Notes: generated by a model from the letters alone, not told the origin. Positions 39,418-48,898 are shown, counted from the stretch's first letter. The stretch is 64,000 nucleotides of DNA from Bacteroidota bacterium (GCA_020047755.1 JAIFNL010000080.1:1297-65296); one strand, 5' to 3'. Made by a program: numbers and translations.

Positions 39418-42279
39418 ATGAAGTTTGTTTCTATAATAATTGCTCTGCTTTTTATTTTTAGTAATATAAAAATATCTTATTCACAGGTAGTTATTAATGA
39501 ATTTTTAGCTTCAAACGAAAAAAATATCATCAACTCTTCTACACAAACCTATGATGACTGGATAGAGTTACACAATATATCTTCTACCGATTTCGATTTA
39601 AGCTCATGCTATCTTACTGATAATCTTACAAATCCCACAAAATGGAAATTTCCGGCAAACACAATTATAAAAGCAAATGGCTTTTTAGTTGTTTGGGCAA
39701 ATAGTGTTAATAATCAATTAAATACAAATTTTAACCTTTCTGCTTCTGGCGAAGAAATTGGGCTTTTTTCGGCTACGCTTTCATTGATAGATAGTGTACG
39801 TTTTGGGCAACAATTATCCGATATTTCTTTTGGCAGGTGGAGCGAAGAAAAAGGGCAAAAAGTTTTTTTTAAAATACCTACCTTTGAAAAAGCGAACTCT
39901 GCATCACAATATTTTTGGGGAATCGCACAAAAACCTTCTTTTGTTTCAAAATCAGGATTTTATAATTCTTTGTCTGTTGAAATTATCCCCAACACTTCGG
40001 GCGATAGCATATATTATACCACCGACAATTCTACGCCTACTAGAACCTCCAATTTGTACAAAGCACCATTTCTTATTTCTAAAAATACAAACGTTAGAGC
40101 AGTTAGTGTTAGACAAAAATACCTGAATAGTTTCACCATTTCTGCTAGTTATTTTATTAACGAGCCTCAAAGCAAATTGCCAATTTGGTCGATAACAACC
40201 GATTCTGTTAATTTATATGGAAATACCGGTATTTATTCTCACCCTTGGACAGATGGATTAGAATGTGAGGTGGACAATATTTTCATTAAAAATAATTTAG
40301 AGGATTTTAATATAAAATCTGGACTTAGAATACAAGGAAGTAGTTCGGTAGGAATGCCTAAAAAGTCATTTCGCGAATTTTACAAAAGTAGTTTGGGCAA
40401 TGAATATTTGAATTATAATTTATTTTCATTAAATAATCTGGCATATTTTAAAAATACAGTTTTGCGTGCAGGCTACGATGACGACTTGACCGATGGGCTT
40501 GGCACACTTTTAAGAGACCCACTATCTTCTGATTTATGGCGTAAAACGGGAGGTTTAACATCTCTTTCAGAATGGTCTGTTCTTTATTTGAATTCAAAAT
40601 ACTGGGGTATTTATAATGTAAGAGAAAGTATTAATGAATATTTTATAGAGCATCATACGGGATCAACTAATTTTGAATTAGTTCGTTATCAAAAAGAAGG
40701 TGCCGAAATTAAATATGGAAATGGAAGCGAATGGCAAAAACTCGTAAGCTTTTTTAATACAACCGATTTTTCAAAAGAAAATAGCTTTTATGCCGCTTCT
40801 GAATTTATTGATATGGCTAATTTTATAAATCTTCTGGCATTTGTGCATTGCACTCAATACCGAAGTTGGACTTGGGGAAGTTTTGCCTACAAAGAATACT
40901 CGCCAAATGGAAGATGGCGTTGGACTATTTGGGATACAGATAGATCATATAGCACTTTAAGCTGGAATGGCTTTACCGAATATCAATATTTAACTGCCGA
41001 GAAATGGTCTAATTTTATGCCACAAAAATTGATTCAAAATGAAATTTTTAAGCATAAGTTAGTAAATAGAATTGCCGATTTACTTAATTCAGAATTTTTA
41101 CCAGATAAAGCAATTGCTTCGCTCGATTCTGTTCAAAGTATTATTGAACCCGAAATCAGAAGAGAAATAACTCGTTGGACTACAATTTCTTATACAACTT
41201 GGCTCACACGAGTTGAAAATTTACGGACTTTTTTTAAACAGCGACCTACTTATTTGCGCAATCAAATTTTGAGCTATTTTTCGCTTGCTGCAACTAAGCA
41301 AATTACATTAAATATTGAAGGCAAAGGCTACATTCAAATTAATACAATTAAACCCACTCAATATCCTTGGCAAGGTATTTATTTTCAAGGTGTAGCAATT
41401 GAATTAACAGCTGTTCCTGCACAAGGTTTTAAATTTCTGAAATGGTCGAATGATGCAAGCGGTATTACAATTAAAATAATGCCAGAAAACTTTTCGGAAC
41501 TGACGGCTTTTTTTGTCGAAGATACTGCTGCTAATAATAACAAACCCTTAGTTATTAATGAAATAAACTACAATTCTGCGCCTATTTTTGATACCGAAGA
41601 TTGGATAGAGATTTATAACCCAAATCTAAGTTCTGTGAATTTAGCGAATTGGACTTTGAATGATAACAATGAATTTAACCGGTTTATTTTTCCTGAAAAG
41701 ACTACAATTCTAACAGAAAGTTTTTTGGTAGTTTGCAAAGATACAAATCAATTTAAAATTCGCTTTCCCGAAATTTCAAATTACATAGGTAATATTAATT
41801 TTGGTTTTGGAACATCAGACGAAGTAAAGATTTATAATTCAGATAATTTGCTAGTCGATTTTGTAAGTTATACTTCTTCAGCACCTTGGAGTCCTATTGC
41901 TAATGGAAGCGGAGCTAGTTTAGAGCTTGTTTCGCCAGATAAGAACAACGAATTAGCCGAAAATTGGATAGCTATTTTAAACTATTATGGCACGCCAGGT
42001 AAAAAAAATAGGGTGCTATTAAATAATATTGATGTATCGATAAATGACGAAATGTGTGTGTTTCCAAACCCTGCAACCGATTTTGTTCATGTAAATATAC
42101 CAGCAAACCAATCGGGAAAACTCAGACTTTTCGATTTGAGTGGAAAATTGCAACTACAAACGGATTTGAAGCAGCAAAATAATCAGGTTGATATACAATC
42201 ATTGACTAATGGATTTTATATGCTTCAGATTGTTGTAAAAGAAGGTGTTTTCAATTATAAAATATTAAAAATAAACTAG
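39418..42279 (+). CDS. Secreted CotH-kinase-family protein flanked by two lamin-tail (LTD) domains, with T9SS type A C-terminal sorting domain
   Basis: Signal peptide. LTD-like VINEFLASN...DDWIELHN and LVINEINYNS...EDWIEIYNP. CotH-like core (LRIQGSSS..PKKSFR, LRDPLS, YLNSKYWGIYNVRE, WTIWDTDRSY). C-terminus VFPNPATDFVHVNI...GFYMLQIV. Confidence 0.8.
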   Translation: MKFVSIIIALLFIFSNIKISYSQVVINEFLASNEKNIINSSTQTYDDWIELHNISSTDFDLSSCYLTDNLTNPTKWKFPANTIIKANGFLVVWANSVNNQLNTNFNLSASGEEIGLFSATLSLIDSVRFGQQLSDISFGRWSEEKGQKVFFKIPTFEKANSASQYFWGIAQKPSFVSKSGFYNSLSVEIIPNTSGDSIYYTTDNSTPTRTSNLYKAPFLISKNTNVRAVSVRQKYLNSFTISASYFINEPQSKLPIWSITTDSVNLYGNTGIYSHPWTDGLECEVDNIFIKNNLEDFNIKSGLRIQGSSSVGMPKKSFREFYKSSLGNEYLNYNLFSLNNLAYFKNTVLRAGYDDDLTDGLGTLLRDPLSSDLWRKTGGLTSLSEWSVLYLNSKYWGIYNVRESINEYFIEHHTGSTNFELVRYQKEGAEIKYGNGSEWQKLVSFFNTTDFSKENSFYAASEFIDMANFINLLAFVHCTQYRSWTWGSFAYKEYSPNGRWRWTIWDTDRSYSTLSWNGFTEYQYLTAEKWSNFMPQKLIQNEIFKHKLVNRIADLLNSEFLPDKAIASLDSVQSIIEPEIRREITRWTTISYTTWLTRVENLRTFFKQRPTYLRNQILSYFSLAATKQITLNIEGKGYIQINTIKPTQYPWQGIYFQGVAIELTAVPAQGFKFLKWSNDASGITIKIMPENFSELTAFFVEDTAANNNKPLVINEINYNSAPIFDTEDWIEIYNPNLSSVNLANWTLNDNNEFNRFIFPEKTTILTESFLVVCKDTNQFKIRFPEISNYIGNINFGFGTSDEVKIYNSDNLLVDFVSYTSSAPWSPIANGSGASLELVSPDKNNELAENWIAILNYYGTPGKKNRVLLNNIDVSINDEMCVFPNPATDFVHVNIPANQSGKLRLFDLSGKLQLQTDLKQQNNQVDIQSLTNGFYMLQIVVKEGVFNYKILKIN

Positions 42280-42354
42280 TATTTTTTTTTAGTATTTTTA
42301 TACTTGGCATTGAAAATTAATATGTATTTTTTTTAACAAATTTAATTTTATTTG

Positions 42355-42933
42355 ATGGATATTCAAGCAATAACAGACTCGGTATATTATTCGTATGTAA
42401 TATTGCCTATTTTGATATTTTTCGCTCGTATTTTTGACCAATCTATTGGTATTCTGCGTATTATAGTTGCTACCAAAGGACTTAAACATGTTGCGTTTAT
42501 TGCTGGTTTTTTTGAATCGTTGGTTTGGCTTTTGGCTATAAGTCAGATTTTAAAAGAAGTTGATAATATTGTAGGCTACATAGCTTTTGCTGCCGGATTT
42601 GCTACCGGAAATTTTGTGGGAATTTATCTCGAACAGCGCATTTCTATTGGCTTTGTGGTTGTTAGAGTTGTATTTAGGAAAAATTCTGACGAAACGATAC
42701 GCTTACTCCGCGAAACAAATTTTACGATAACCATAGTAGATGCCCTAGGCTCGGAAGGTGCTGTAAAAATGATTTTTAGTAGCATAAAACGCAGAGAGTT
42801 AAATACTTTCATTAGTATTTTAAACAAAAATAATCCTACTGCTTATTATACTGTGGAAGATGCAAAATTAATCAAAGACGGAGTAATCACAAAGCGCAAA
42901 CCTTTTCTGCGAAAAACATCTGTACGGAAATAA
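42355..42933 (+). CDS. UPF0316/DUF2179-family membrane protein
   Basis: ILIFFARIFDQSIGILRIIVATKG plus two further TM helices and a C-terminal soluble DUF2179-like domain. The ATG at 42355 is preferred over the TTG at 42352. Confidence 0.7.
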   Translation: MDIQAITDSVYYSYVILPILIFFARIFDQSIGILRIIVATKGLKHVAFIAGFFESLVWLLAISQILKEVDNIVGYIAFAAGFATGNFVGIYLEQRISIGFVVVRVVFRKNSDETIRLLRETNFTITIVDALGSEGAVKMIFSSIKRRELNTFISILNKNNPTAYYTVEDAKLIKDGVITKRKPFLRKTSVRK

Positions 42934-42939
42934 TTTTGC

Positions 42940-42979
42940 CTATTTACTTTTGATGATTCAATTTATCAAAAGTAAATAG
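42940..42979. terminator. Perfect 15-bp inverted repeat between the convergent UPF0316 and purL-like genes
   Basis: ctatttacttttgat (42940-42954) / atcaaaagtaaatag (42965-42979), 10-nt loop. AT-rich stem without a strong T-run. Confidence 0.45.
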
Positions 42980-43017
42980 ATTTACCGAAATATTTATTTT
43001 GCATCGGAAAGATTTTT

Positions 43018-45216
43018 CTAAATTTTAAAACTTTTCTCGATACTATTTTCATACAAATCTTTGATTTCGAGTATATTGCCCCACGACACGTCGTCTATTC
43101 GCAAATCGCCTCGTGTGATGTGCCCAAGTGTTAGAAATGGAAATTCTTTTTCCATCATAAAATCAATAAAATCAGTTTCATATTTAGGGCTAACAGTAAC
43201 AACTATACGGTTTTGCGCTTCGCCAAACAAGAAAGCATCGTTGCGGTTTTCGGCATCGGTTGTGATATCAAAACCTAAATTATTGAAAAGTGCTGCTTCT
43301 ACTAAGGTAACAATTAACCCTCCGTTTGAGATGTCGTGAGCGGAGTTAATATATTCATTGTCAAAAAGTTCGCTAACTATTAATTGTAGCTTGTGCGCTG
43401 TTTTTAAACAAAAGAATGGAGGTGGCGAATTTTTTACCTTGTGATACGATTTTAGATAAAGCGATGATGAAATACTATTTTTCGTTTCGCCCAATAGGAA
43501 AATCATGTCGCCTTTTTGCTTGAAACTCAAACTTAAAGGCTGCCTACTTTTGCGAATTGTGCCTAACATTCCGATGGTGGGAGTGGGATAAATATTTAAT
43601 TCTTTTCCATCTACATTGGTGTAGTTTTCAAAATTTGCTTTTATGTTGATTATGGGCAAGTTATATTCTCTGCTTACTTTATTTATACCTTTTATTATTT
43701 CGGTAAATTGCCAAAAAATTTCAGGGTTTTTGTAATTGCCTATGTTGATGCAAGCACTTATTGCAATGGGGCGACCGCCACTGCAAACTATATTTCGTGC
43801 CGCTTCGGCTACCGCAATAGCTGCACCTGTTTGAGGGTGCGCATTTACGTAGCGTGAGTTGCAATCTACGCCAACTACTAGCGAGTATTCATCGTTGAAT
43901 GGCACAATTGCTGCATCGGAACGCTGCTCTTCGCTTTTAAATTCGTTATTTTCGAGATTAAAGTGCTTTGTTAAATACCTTTTGGAGGCGATATTTTTGT
44001 GGGAAAGTAAAAATTTTCCTACTTCCTTCAAATCTTCTGGCAAAGGAATATCTTTTATAGAATACTCTTTTACTTTTGACATGTCGGGAGCTTTATACTC
44101 TATATCTCGTTCGGGAATACTTTGATTTTCGAGTATTTCAGATGGAATTTCAGCTATTTTTGTTCCATTTTCAAATATTCTAATCGAATTTAGGTCGTTA
44201 ATCTCGCCTATACTCTGGCAATTTAAACCTGATTTTTCAATTATCTGAGTAAATTTTTCGGTATTTTTTTTATTTACAACAAATAGCGCACGTGCTGGGC
44301 TTTCTGAAAACAAAATTTGCAGATTATTTAATTTTTGTATAGACGTTTTTATTTTATCAATGTATAAATCAACCCCTTTTTTTCCTTTTACAATTTTATG
44401 AATAGCCTTGATTATGCCGCCTTTTTCTATGCTTTTCATTACCGCAAAATGGCGTTCGGCTTGGCTATTTTTGCAAAGGTCAATCAATAATTTTTCTTGC
44501 AAATTTTCGGCAGAATACGATGTAATATCTTCGTTGTTAGATAATTGATTGAACGAATGTTCTCCTTCGTAGTTTGCTGTACTTTCTAAGTTAGTGTGTG
44601 CACCTACCAAAAAAATTAAATAACCAGGTAAAATTATTTTCTTCCGTTTCAATTCTTCTGCATCAATGCTTGCCACTGAAAATGCGTTGATAATTGGAAT
44701 CTCATTGAACGAATGGTTGGAAAATATTTCGCCTCCTACTACCGGAATATTTACAGCTTTTGAAAATTCTGAAATTGCTTTTATTATGCCTATGAGTTTG
44801 TTTTGATTTTCTTTTTCTTCAAAATCGCCAACTCTAAGCGAATCGAGAAGGGCAATGGGCTTGAAATCGTTTGATATTGCACTTTTAATTACATTTTGTA
44901 CGGCAGCTGAAGCTGCGCTAAAAGGATATTTGTGAGCAAAACCATTTTGTGATGAAACGCTAAATTTTACAACTTTATCTTCGCCAATTTTTATGTACGA
45001 TTCGTTTTTATTATTGGTTTTTATAATATTATCTCCGTTTTTCAATAATTTTCTAAACCATTTTTCGAGTCCTTTTTTCGATATTTTTTCTTGCCAAATT
45101 CCGGCAATAATTTCTTTTTCGAGAAAATTGGCATCACGCTGAAGCAAAGATTGTATTTGATTTTTCTCTTCTTGCGTTAAAGAATCGTAAGTATTTTGAG
45201 TAACTTCTTTTTTCAT
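43018..45216 (-). CDS. PurL-like (FGAM synthase II / PurM-superfamily) protein with a degenerate catalytic half
   Basis: Collinear with the ~740-aa PurL. The C-terminal half is well conserved (VDCNSRYV, AIAVAEAARNIVCSGGRPIAIS, NPEIFWQ, IYPTPTIGMLG, SAHDISNGGL, LFGEAQNRIVV). N-half signatures are replaced: WSEHCSYK to WQEKISKK, ESHNHPS to SSQNGFAHKYP, GAATGVGGIIRD to SAASAAVQNVIKS, and GRDGIHGATFAS and QDMGAAGL are absent. Confidence 0.7.
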   Translation of the reverse strand: MKKEVTQNTYDSLTQEEKNQIQSLLQRDANFLEKEIIAGIWQEKISKKGLEKWFRKLLKNGDNIIKTNNKNESYIKIGEDKVVKFSVSSQNGFAHKYPFSAASAAVQNVIKSAISNDFKPIALLDSLRVGDFEEKENQNKLIGIIKAISEFSKAVNIPVVGGEIFSNHSFNEIPIINAFSVASIDAEELKRKKIILPGYLIFLVGAHTNLESTANYEGEHSFNQLSNNEDITSYSAENLQEKLLIDLCKNSQAERHFAVMKSIEKGGIIKAIHKIVKGKKGVDLYIDKIKTSIQKLNNLQILFSESPARALFVVNKKNTEKFTQIIEKSGLNCQSIGEINDLNSIRIFENGTKIAEIPSEILENQSIPERDIEYKAPDMSKVKEYSIKDIPLPEDLKEVGKFLLSHKNIASKRYLTKHFNLENNEFKSEEQRSDAAIVPFNDEYSLVVGVDCNSRYVNAHPQTGAAIAVAEAARNIVCSGGRPIAISACINIGNYKNPEIFWQFTEIIKGINKVSREYNLPIINIKANFENYTNVDGKELNIYPTPTIGMLGTIRKSRQPLSLSFKQKGDMIFLLGETKNSISSSLYLKSYHKVKNSPPPFFCLKTAHKLQLIVSELFDNEYINSAHDISNGGLIVTLVEAALFNNLGFDITTDAENRNDAFLFGEAQNRIVVTVSPKYETDFIDFMMEKEFPFLTLGHITRGDLRIDDVSWGNILEIKDLYENSIEKSFKI

Positions 45217-45236
45217 AGCTAGTTCTTGTTCTGTTT

Positions 45237-45281
45237 CCGGTGTTTTCTTTCAGCAGAAACCTCCGGCTTTTTGTTTTTTCC
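45237..45281 (+). terminator. Terminator-like hairpin plus T-run on the + strand, inside the 5' leader region of the minus-strand purL-like gene; also resembles an arm of repeat B
   Basis: ccggtgttttctttcagcagaaacctccgg (9 of 11 outer pairs plus an inner stem) followed by ctttttgttttttcc. The reverse complement contains ctgaaagaaaac, identical to 12 nt of the B1 left arm. Confidence 0.35.
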
Positions 45282-45571
45282 TTGGCACGAAATTATATAA
45301 AAAAAAGAAAATAGAAAATTAAAACGGAAACTTCTATAAATAAAAAGATAGAATAATATTTAATAGATAGATAATCAATGTTTTATAGATTACCTGTCTT
45401 TGCTTTATTTTATAATTTCTATAATTATTTTTAGGTCTCAAATTGTTTGTCTATTTTTTATTTTGGGTCGAAAAAAATATTTTAACTCTGTAATTACTTT
45501 ATTTTTTGATTGTTACAAGAACTATATCTGCAAAGTTTCGATGCAGGAATACTTACTTAGAATGTTTTATT

Positions 45572-45579
45572 TATCTTTG
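45572..45579 (+). promoter_or_regulatory. Candidate -7 box (TAtcTTTG) for the ABC-F gene
   Basis: Matches TAnnTTTG 34 nt upstream of the ATG at 45613. No clear -33 element. Confidence 0.35.
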
Positions 45580-45612
45580 CGCAAAATTTAAAAAAAAATA
45601 GACGATAAACGA

Positions 45613-47247
45613 ATGATTTCAATTGACGGACTTTCAGTAGAATTTGGTGGAACTTCACTGTTCAAAGATGTTTCCTTTGTGGTAAACGACAAAGATAGAA
45701 TTGCTTTGATGGGCAAAAATGGTGCAGGAAAATCGACTTTGTTAAAAATTATAGCAGGAGCGCAAAAGGCAAGTTCTGGTAGAATTTCAGCTCCCAAAGA
45801 AGCTGTAATTGCCTATTTGCCACAACATTTGATGACTGAGAATAACAGAACTGTCTTTGCCGAAGCTTCGCAGGCTTTTGCGCAAATGCACCTTATGAAA
45901 GCTGAATTGGAGGAACTCAACGAACAATTGACCATTAGAACGGATTATGAATCGGCTGAATATTATGAAATTATAGAAAAAGTTTCGGCATTGAGTGAGA
46001 AAGTATATAGCACTGAGGAAATAAATTATGATGCCGAAATTGAAAAAACGCTTTTGGGTTTGGGTTTTGTACGTTCTGATTTTCAGAGACCTACTGGCGA
46101 ATTTAGTGGAGGTTGGCGTATGCGTATCGAATTAGCAAAAATTTTGCTTCAAAATCCCGATTTAATTTTACTCGATGAACCTACAAATCATCTTGATATT
46201 GAGTCGATTCAGTGGTTAGAAACCTTTCTTATTAAGAATGCAAAAGCCGTAATTATTATTTCGCACGATAGAGCTTTTGTAGATAATATTACTACTCGCA
46301 CCATTGAGGTTACAATGGGGCGAATTTATGACTACAAAGTAAACTATTCCAGATACTTAGAGCTTAGAAAAGAACGCCGCGAAAAGCAACAAAAAGCTTA
46401 CGACGAACAGCAAAAAATGATAGCCGAAACTCAAGAATTTATCGAGCGTTTTAAAGGCACTTATTCTAAAACCTTGCAAGTGCAGTCGAGAGTGAAAATG
46501 CTTGAAAAACTTGAAATAGTGGAGATTGACGAAGTCGATAACTCACGTTTGCGCCTTAAATTTCCGCCTTCTCCTCGTTCGGGAAGCTACCCTTTGATAA
46601 CTCAAGATTTGAGTAAATCGTATGGCGAGCATTTGGTATTTTCTGATGTTTCTGTTTCTATTCAACGTGGTGAAAAAGTGGCATTTGTGGGCAAAAATGG
46701 CGAAGGTAAATCTACTTTGGTGAAAGCGATTATGGGAGAGATTGATTTTGACGGAAATCTGACCATAGGGCACAATAGTCAAATTGGTTACTTTGCCCAA
46801 AACGAAGCGTCTTTGCTCGATGAAGAATTGACTGTTTTTCAAACAATTGACGATATTGCTAAGGGCGAAATTCGTACAAAAATAAAAGACATTTTGGGTG
46901 CTTTCATGTTTGGCGGCGACGATTGGGACAAGAAAGTGAAAGTACTTTCGGGTGGCGAGCGTACTCGTTTGGCTATGGTTAAGTTACTCCTCACGCCCGT
47001 CAATTTGCTTATTCTCGATGAGCCAACCAATCATTTGGATATGAGAACCAAAGATATTCTAAAACAAGCTCTTATGGATTTTGATGGCACTTTGGTTTTG
47101 ATTTCGCACGACCGTGATTTTCTTGAAGGCATGGTTACAAAGGTGTACGAATTTGGTAACAAACGAGTGAAAGAACATTTGGAAGGAATTACTGAGTTTT
47201 TGCAACGCAAAAAAATGGAAACTCTTCGACAATTGGAAGCTAAATAA
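45613..47247 (+). CDS. ABC-F family ATPase (two ABC cassettes, no TM domain)
   Basis: Walker A twice (GKNGAGKST, GKNGEGKST), signature twice (FSGGWRMR, LSGGERTR), Walker B twice (LILLDEPTNHLD, LLILDEPTNHLD), charged inter-domain linker. Confidence 0.92.
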   Translation: MISIDGLSVEFGGTSLFKDVSFVVNDKDRIALMGKNGAGKSTLLKIIAGAQKASSGRISAPKEAVIAYLPQHLMTENNRTVFAEASQAFAQMHLMKAELEELNEQLTIRTDYESAEYYEIIEKVSALSEKVYSTEEINYDAEIEKTLLGLGFVRSDFQRPTGEFSGGWRMRIELAKILLQNPDLILLDEPTNHLDIESIQWLETFLIKNAKAVIIISHDRAFVDNITTRTIEVTMGRIYDYKVNYSRYLELRKERREKQQKAYDEQQKMIAETQEFIERFKGTYSKTLQVQSRVKMLEKLEIVEIDEVDNSRLRLKFPPSPRSGSYPLITQDLSKSYGEHLVFSDVSVSIQRGEKVAFVGKNGEGKSTLVKAIMGEIDFDGNLTIGHNSQIGYFAQNEASLLDEELTVFQTIDDIAKGEIRTKIKDILGAFMFGGDDWDKKVKVLSGGERTRLAMVKLLLTPVNLLILDEPTNHLDMRTKDILKQALMDFDGTLVLISHDRDFLEGMVTKVYEFGNKRVKEHLEGITEFLQRKKMETLRQLEAK

Positions 47248-47377
47248 TCTATTACTCGGGTATTTTATAAAATATTGTTTCCGTTTTTTGATTAAAAGGT
47301 GTTTTAAAATTTATATAATAATTTACTGAAAAAACTATTTTGCAAACTATTTATCGTTGTTTATTTTTTTGAAATTT

Positions 47378-48241
47378 ATGAAACATTTTTTTTACGTTAT
47401 TATTATATTTGTTTCTATATTATTCGTTTATTTTATTATAACAGGATTCGTAAATAAGTATATTATATTAGAAACAAATCCACAAATAAAAAAAGCAAAT
47501 GTTTTAATTATTGGTGATTCTCATACGCAAAGAGCCATTAACCCCGATTATTTTAGCAGTGCTAGTAATATTTCACAATTGGCAGAGCCTTATGTAGTTA
47601 GTTATTGGAAATTGAAGAAAATTTTAAATTTTTATCACCCCGATAGTGTTATTTTGGGTTTTGGACCTCACAATCTTTCAGAGTTAGATGACTTTAGGTT
47701 TTCAACAGAGCGTTGGTCAACGGAAATGTTTTATAGAGCATACCCAATCGGAAATTTTGAAAATTTAAGAACAATACCTATTGATTATAAGCTTCTTTAT
47801 ACAACTTTATTTAAAAATTTATGCCTTTTTCCTAAACTTCACCACAATAATTACATCGGTGAATATTTTCCAGAAACACTTAATAAATTGACAAATAATA
47901 AGGAAACAATAAAGAAGCATTTTTTTATTAGCGATAAAAAATTGTATGGTATTTCAAATACAGCTGTTTCTTATTTAGATTCAATTATGATTTTGTGTAA
48001 AAATAAAAATGTCGAACTAATTTTAATTAATTGCCCTGTTCATTATACTTATAAGCAAAATATACCTTCTTTTTTTAGTGCATATTTTGAAAAACAAAAA
48101 AAACACTATACCGATAAAGAAATTAGAATCATCGATTTTTCAGATTTACAATTAGCTGATAGCTGCTATTCCGACGCAGATCACTTAAATTTTAGAGGGG
48201 CTAATATTTTTACAAAGCATTTAATTGAACAACTTCGGTAA
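47378..48241 (+). CDS. Membrane-anchored SGNH/GDSL-hydrolase-like protein (hypothetical)
   Basis: N-terminal TM helix. Block I-like VLIIGDSHTQ and block V-like SDADHLNFRGA. The ATG at 47378 is preferred over the TTG at 47357. Confidence 0.5.
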   Translation: MKHFFYVIIIFVSILFVYFIITGFVNKYIILETNPQIKKANVLIIGDSHTQRAINPDYFSSASNISQLAEPYVVSYWKLKKILNFYHPDSVILGFGPHNLSELDDFRFSTERWSTEMFYRAYPIGNFENLRTIPIDYKLLYTTLFKNLCLFPKLHHNNYIGEYFPETLNKLTNNKETIKKHFFISDKKLYGISNTAVSYLDSIMILCKNKNVELILINCPVHYTYKQNIPSFFSAYFEKQKKHYTDKEIRIIDFSDLQLADSCYSDADHLNFRGANIFTKHLIEQLR

Positions 48242-48367
48242 TAATTAGCTAGAATCTAAAAAAAAATTTGGTTTTTCAAAATGTAAGATTATTACGAATA
48301 AAAAACGTATAACTACTAAATTATCTGTATTTTAGTGTATTAAAAAGATCATGTTGAAGTGAAAAAC

Positions 48368-48763
48368 CTATTCTTCTCTATTTTTTATCAATTGGTCTGC
48401 CCATTTTTCAGCGTCTTCGATGGAAGAGCAGATTTTATTAGGCCACTCGGGGCTTTTTATCAAAAATATTCCTTTCAAAACAATGTTTGATAAAATATTT
48501 TTAGAGACATAGGCAACTCCAAGTGCAGCTATTTTTATTGTTGGCGCATTTTCTTTTAGCCATGTGCCTATTTTTATGCGGTTTGTTGCCATCATATATT
48601 TTATTTTGTCGGAGGTATAAATAACTACTATATTTTTATAAGATTTATACACCAAGGTCATATCCGATAAGTATTGGTTTACGTCTTCCTCACTTGGATT
48701 GTCGGAGTTGAAATTGACATAAATTTTGGGGTATTTAGTTGTATTTATTTCGCAAAATTTCAT
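48368..48763 (-). CDS. Small STAS/SEC14-like (SpoIIAA-like fold) protein, hypothetical
   Basis: Pattern ...IGTWLKENAPTIKIAALGVAYVSKNILSNIVLKGIF...SSIEDAEKWA resembles STAS/SEC14-like small proteins. It is the second such gene in the window. Confidence 0.45.
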   Translation of the reverse strand: MKFCEINTTKYPKIYVNFNSDNPSEEDVNQYLSDMTLVYKSYKNIVVIYTSDKIKYMMATNRIKIGTWLKENAPTIKIAALGVAYVSKNILSNIVLKGIFLIKSPEWPNKICSSIEDAEKWADQLIKNREE

Positions 48764-48898
48764 AGTATTTTTTTTCTTTAGTAAAAAGTTTTAATAGTTG
48801 CAAAAATAACTTTTTTTTCAAAAAAAAACACTTTTAATCAAATTTTCTTTCTATTTTTTTTAAAGCTACTTTGTTGTTGCTTTTTTTTGATAAAAAAA

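Noticed and set aside
42298-42489. 63-aa minus-strand ORF overlapping the start of the UPF0316 gene.
   Set aside because: It overlaps a conserved-family CDS on the other strand. No support.
45217-45400. Possible purine/ZTP-type riboswitch in the leader of the purL-like gene.
   Set aside because: I could not find the conserved cores of the purine (guanine/adenine) or ZTP (pfl) riboswitches. The only structure is a simple hairpin that also matches a repeat-B arm.
45400-45797. 63-aa + ORF (45400-45591) and 69-aa minus ORF (45588-45797) around the ABC-F start.
   Set aside because: The first lies in the promoter region and is an AT-rich low-complexity peptide. The second is antisense to the Walker A region of the ABC-F gene.
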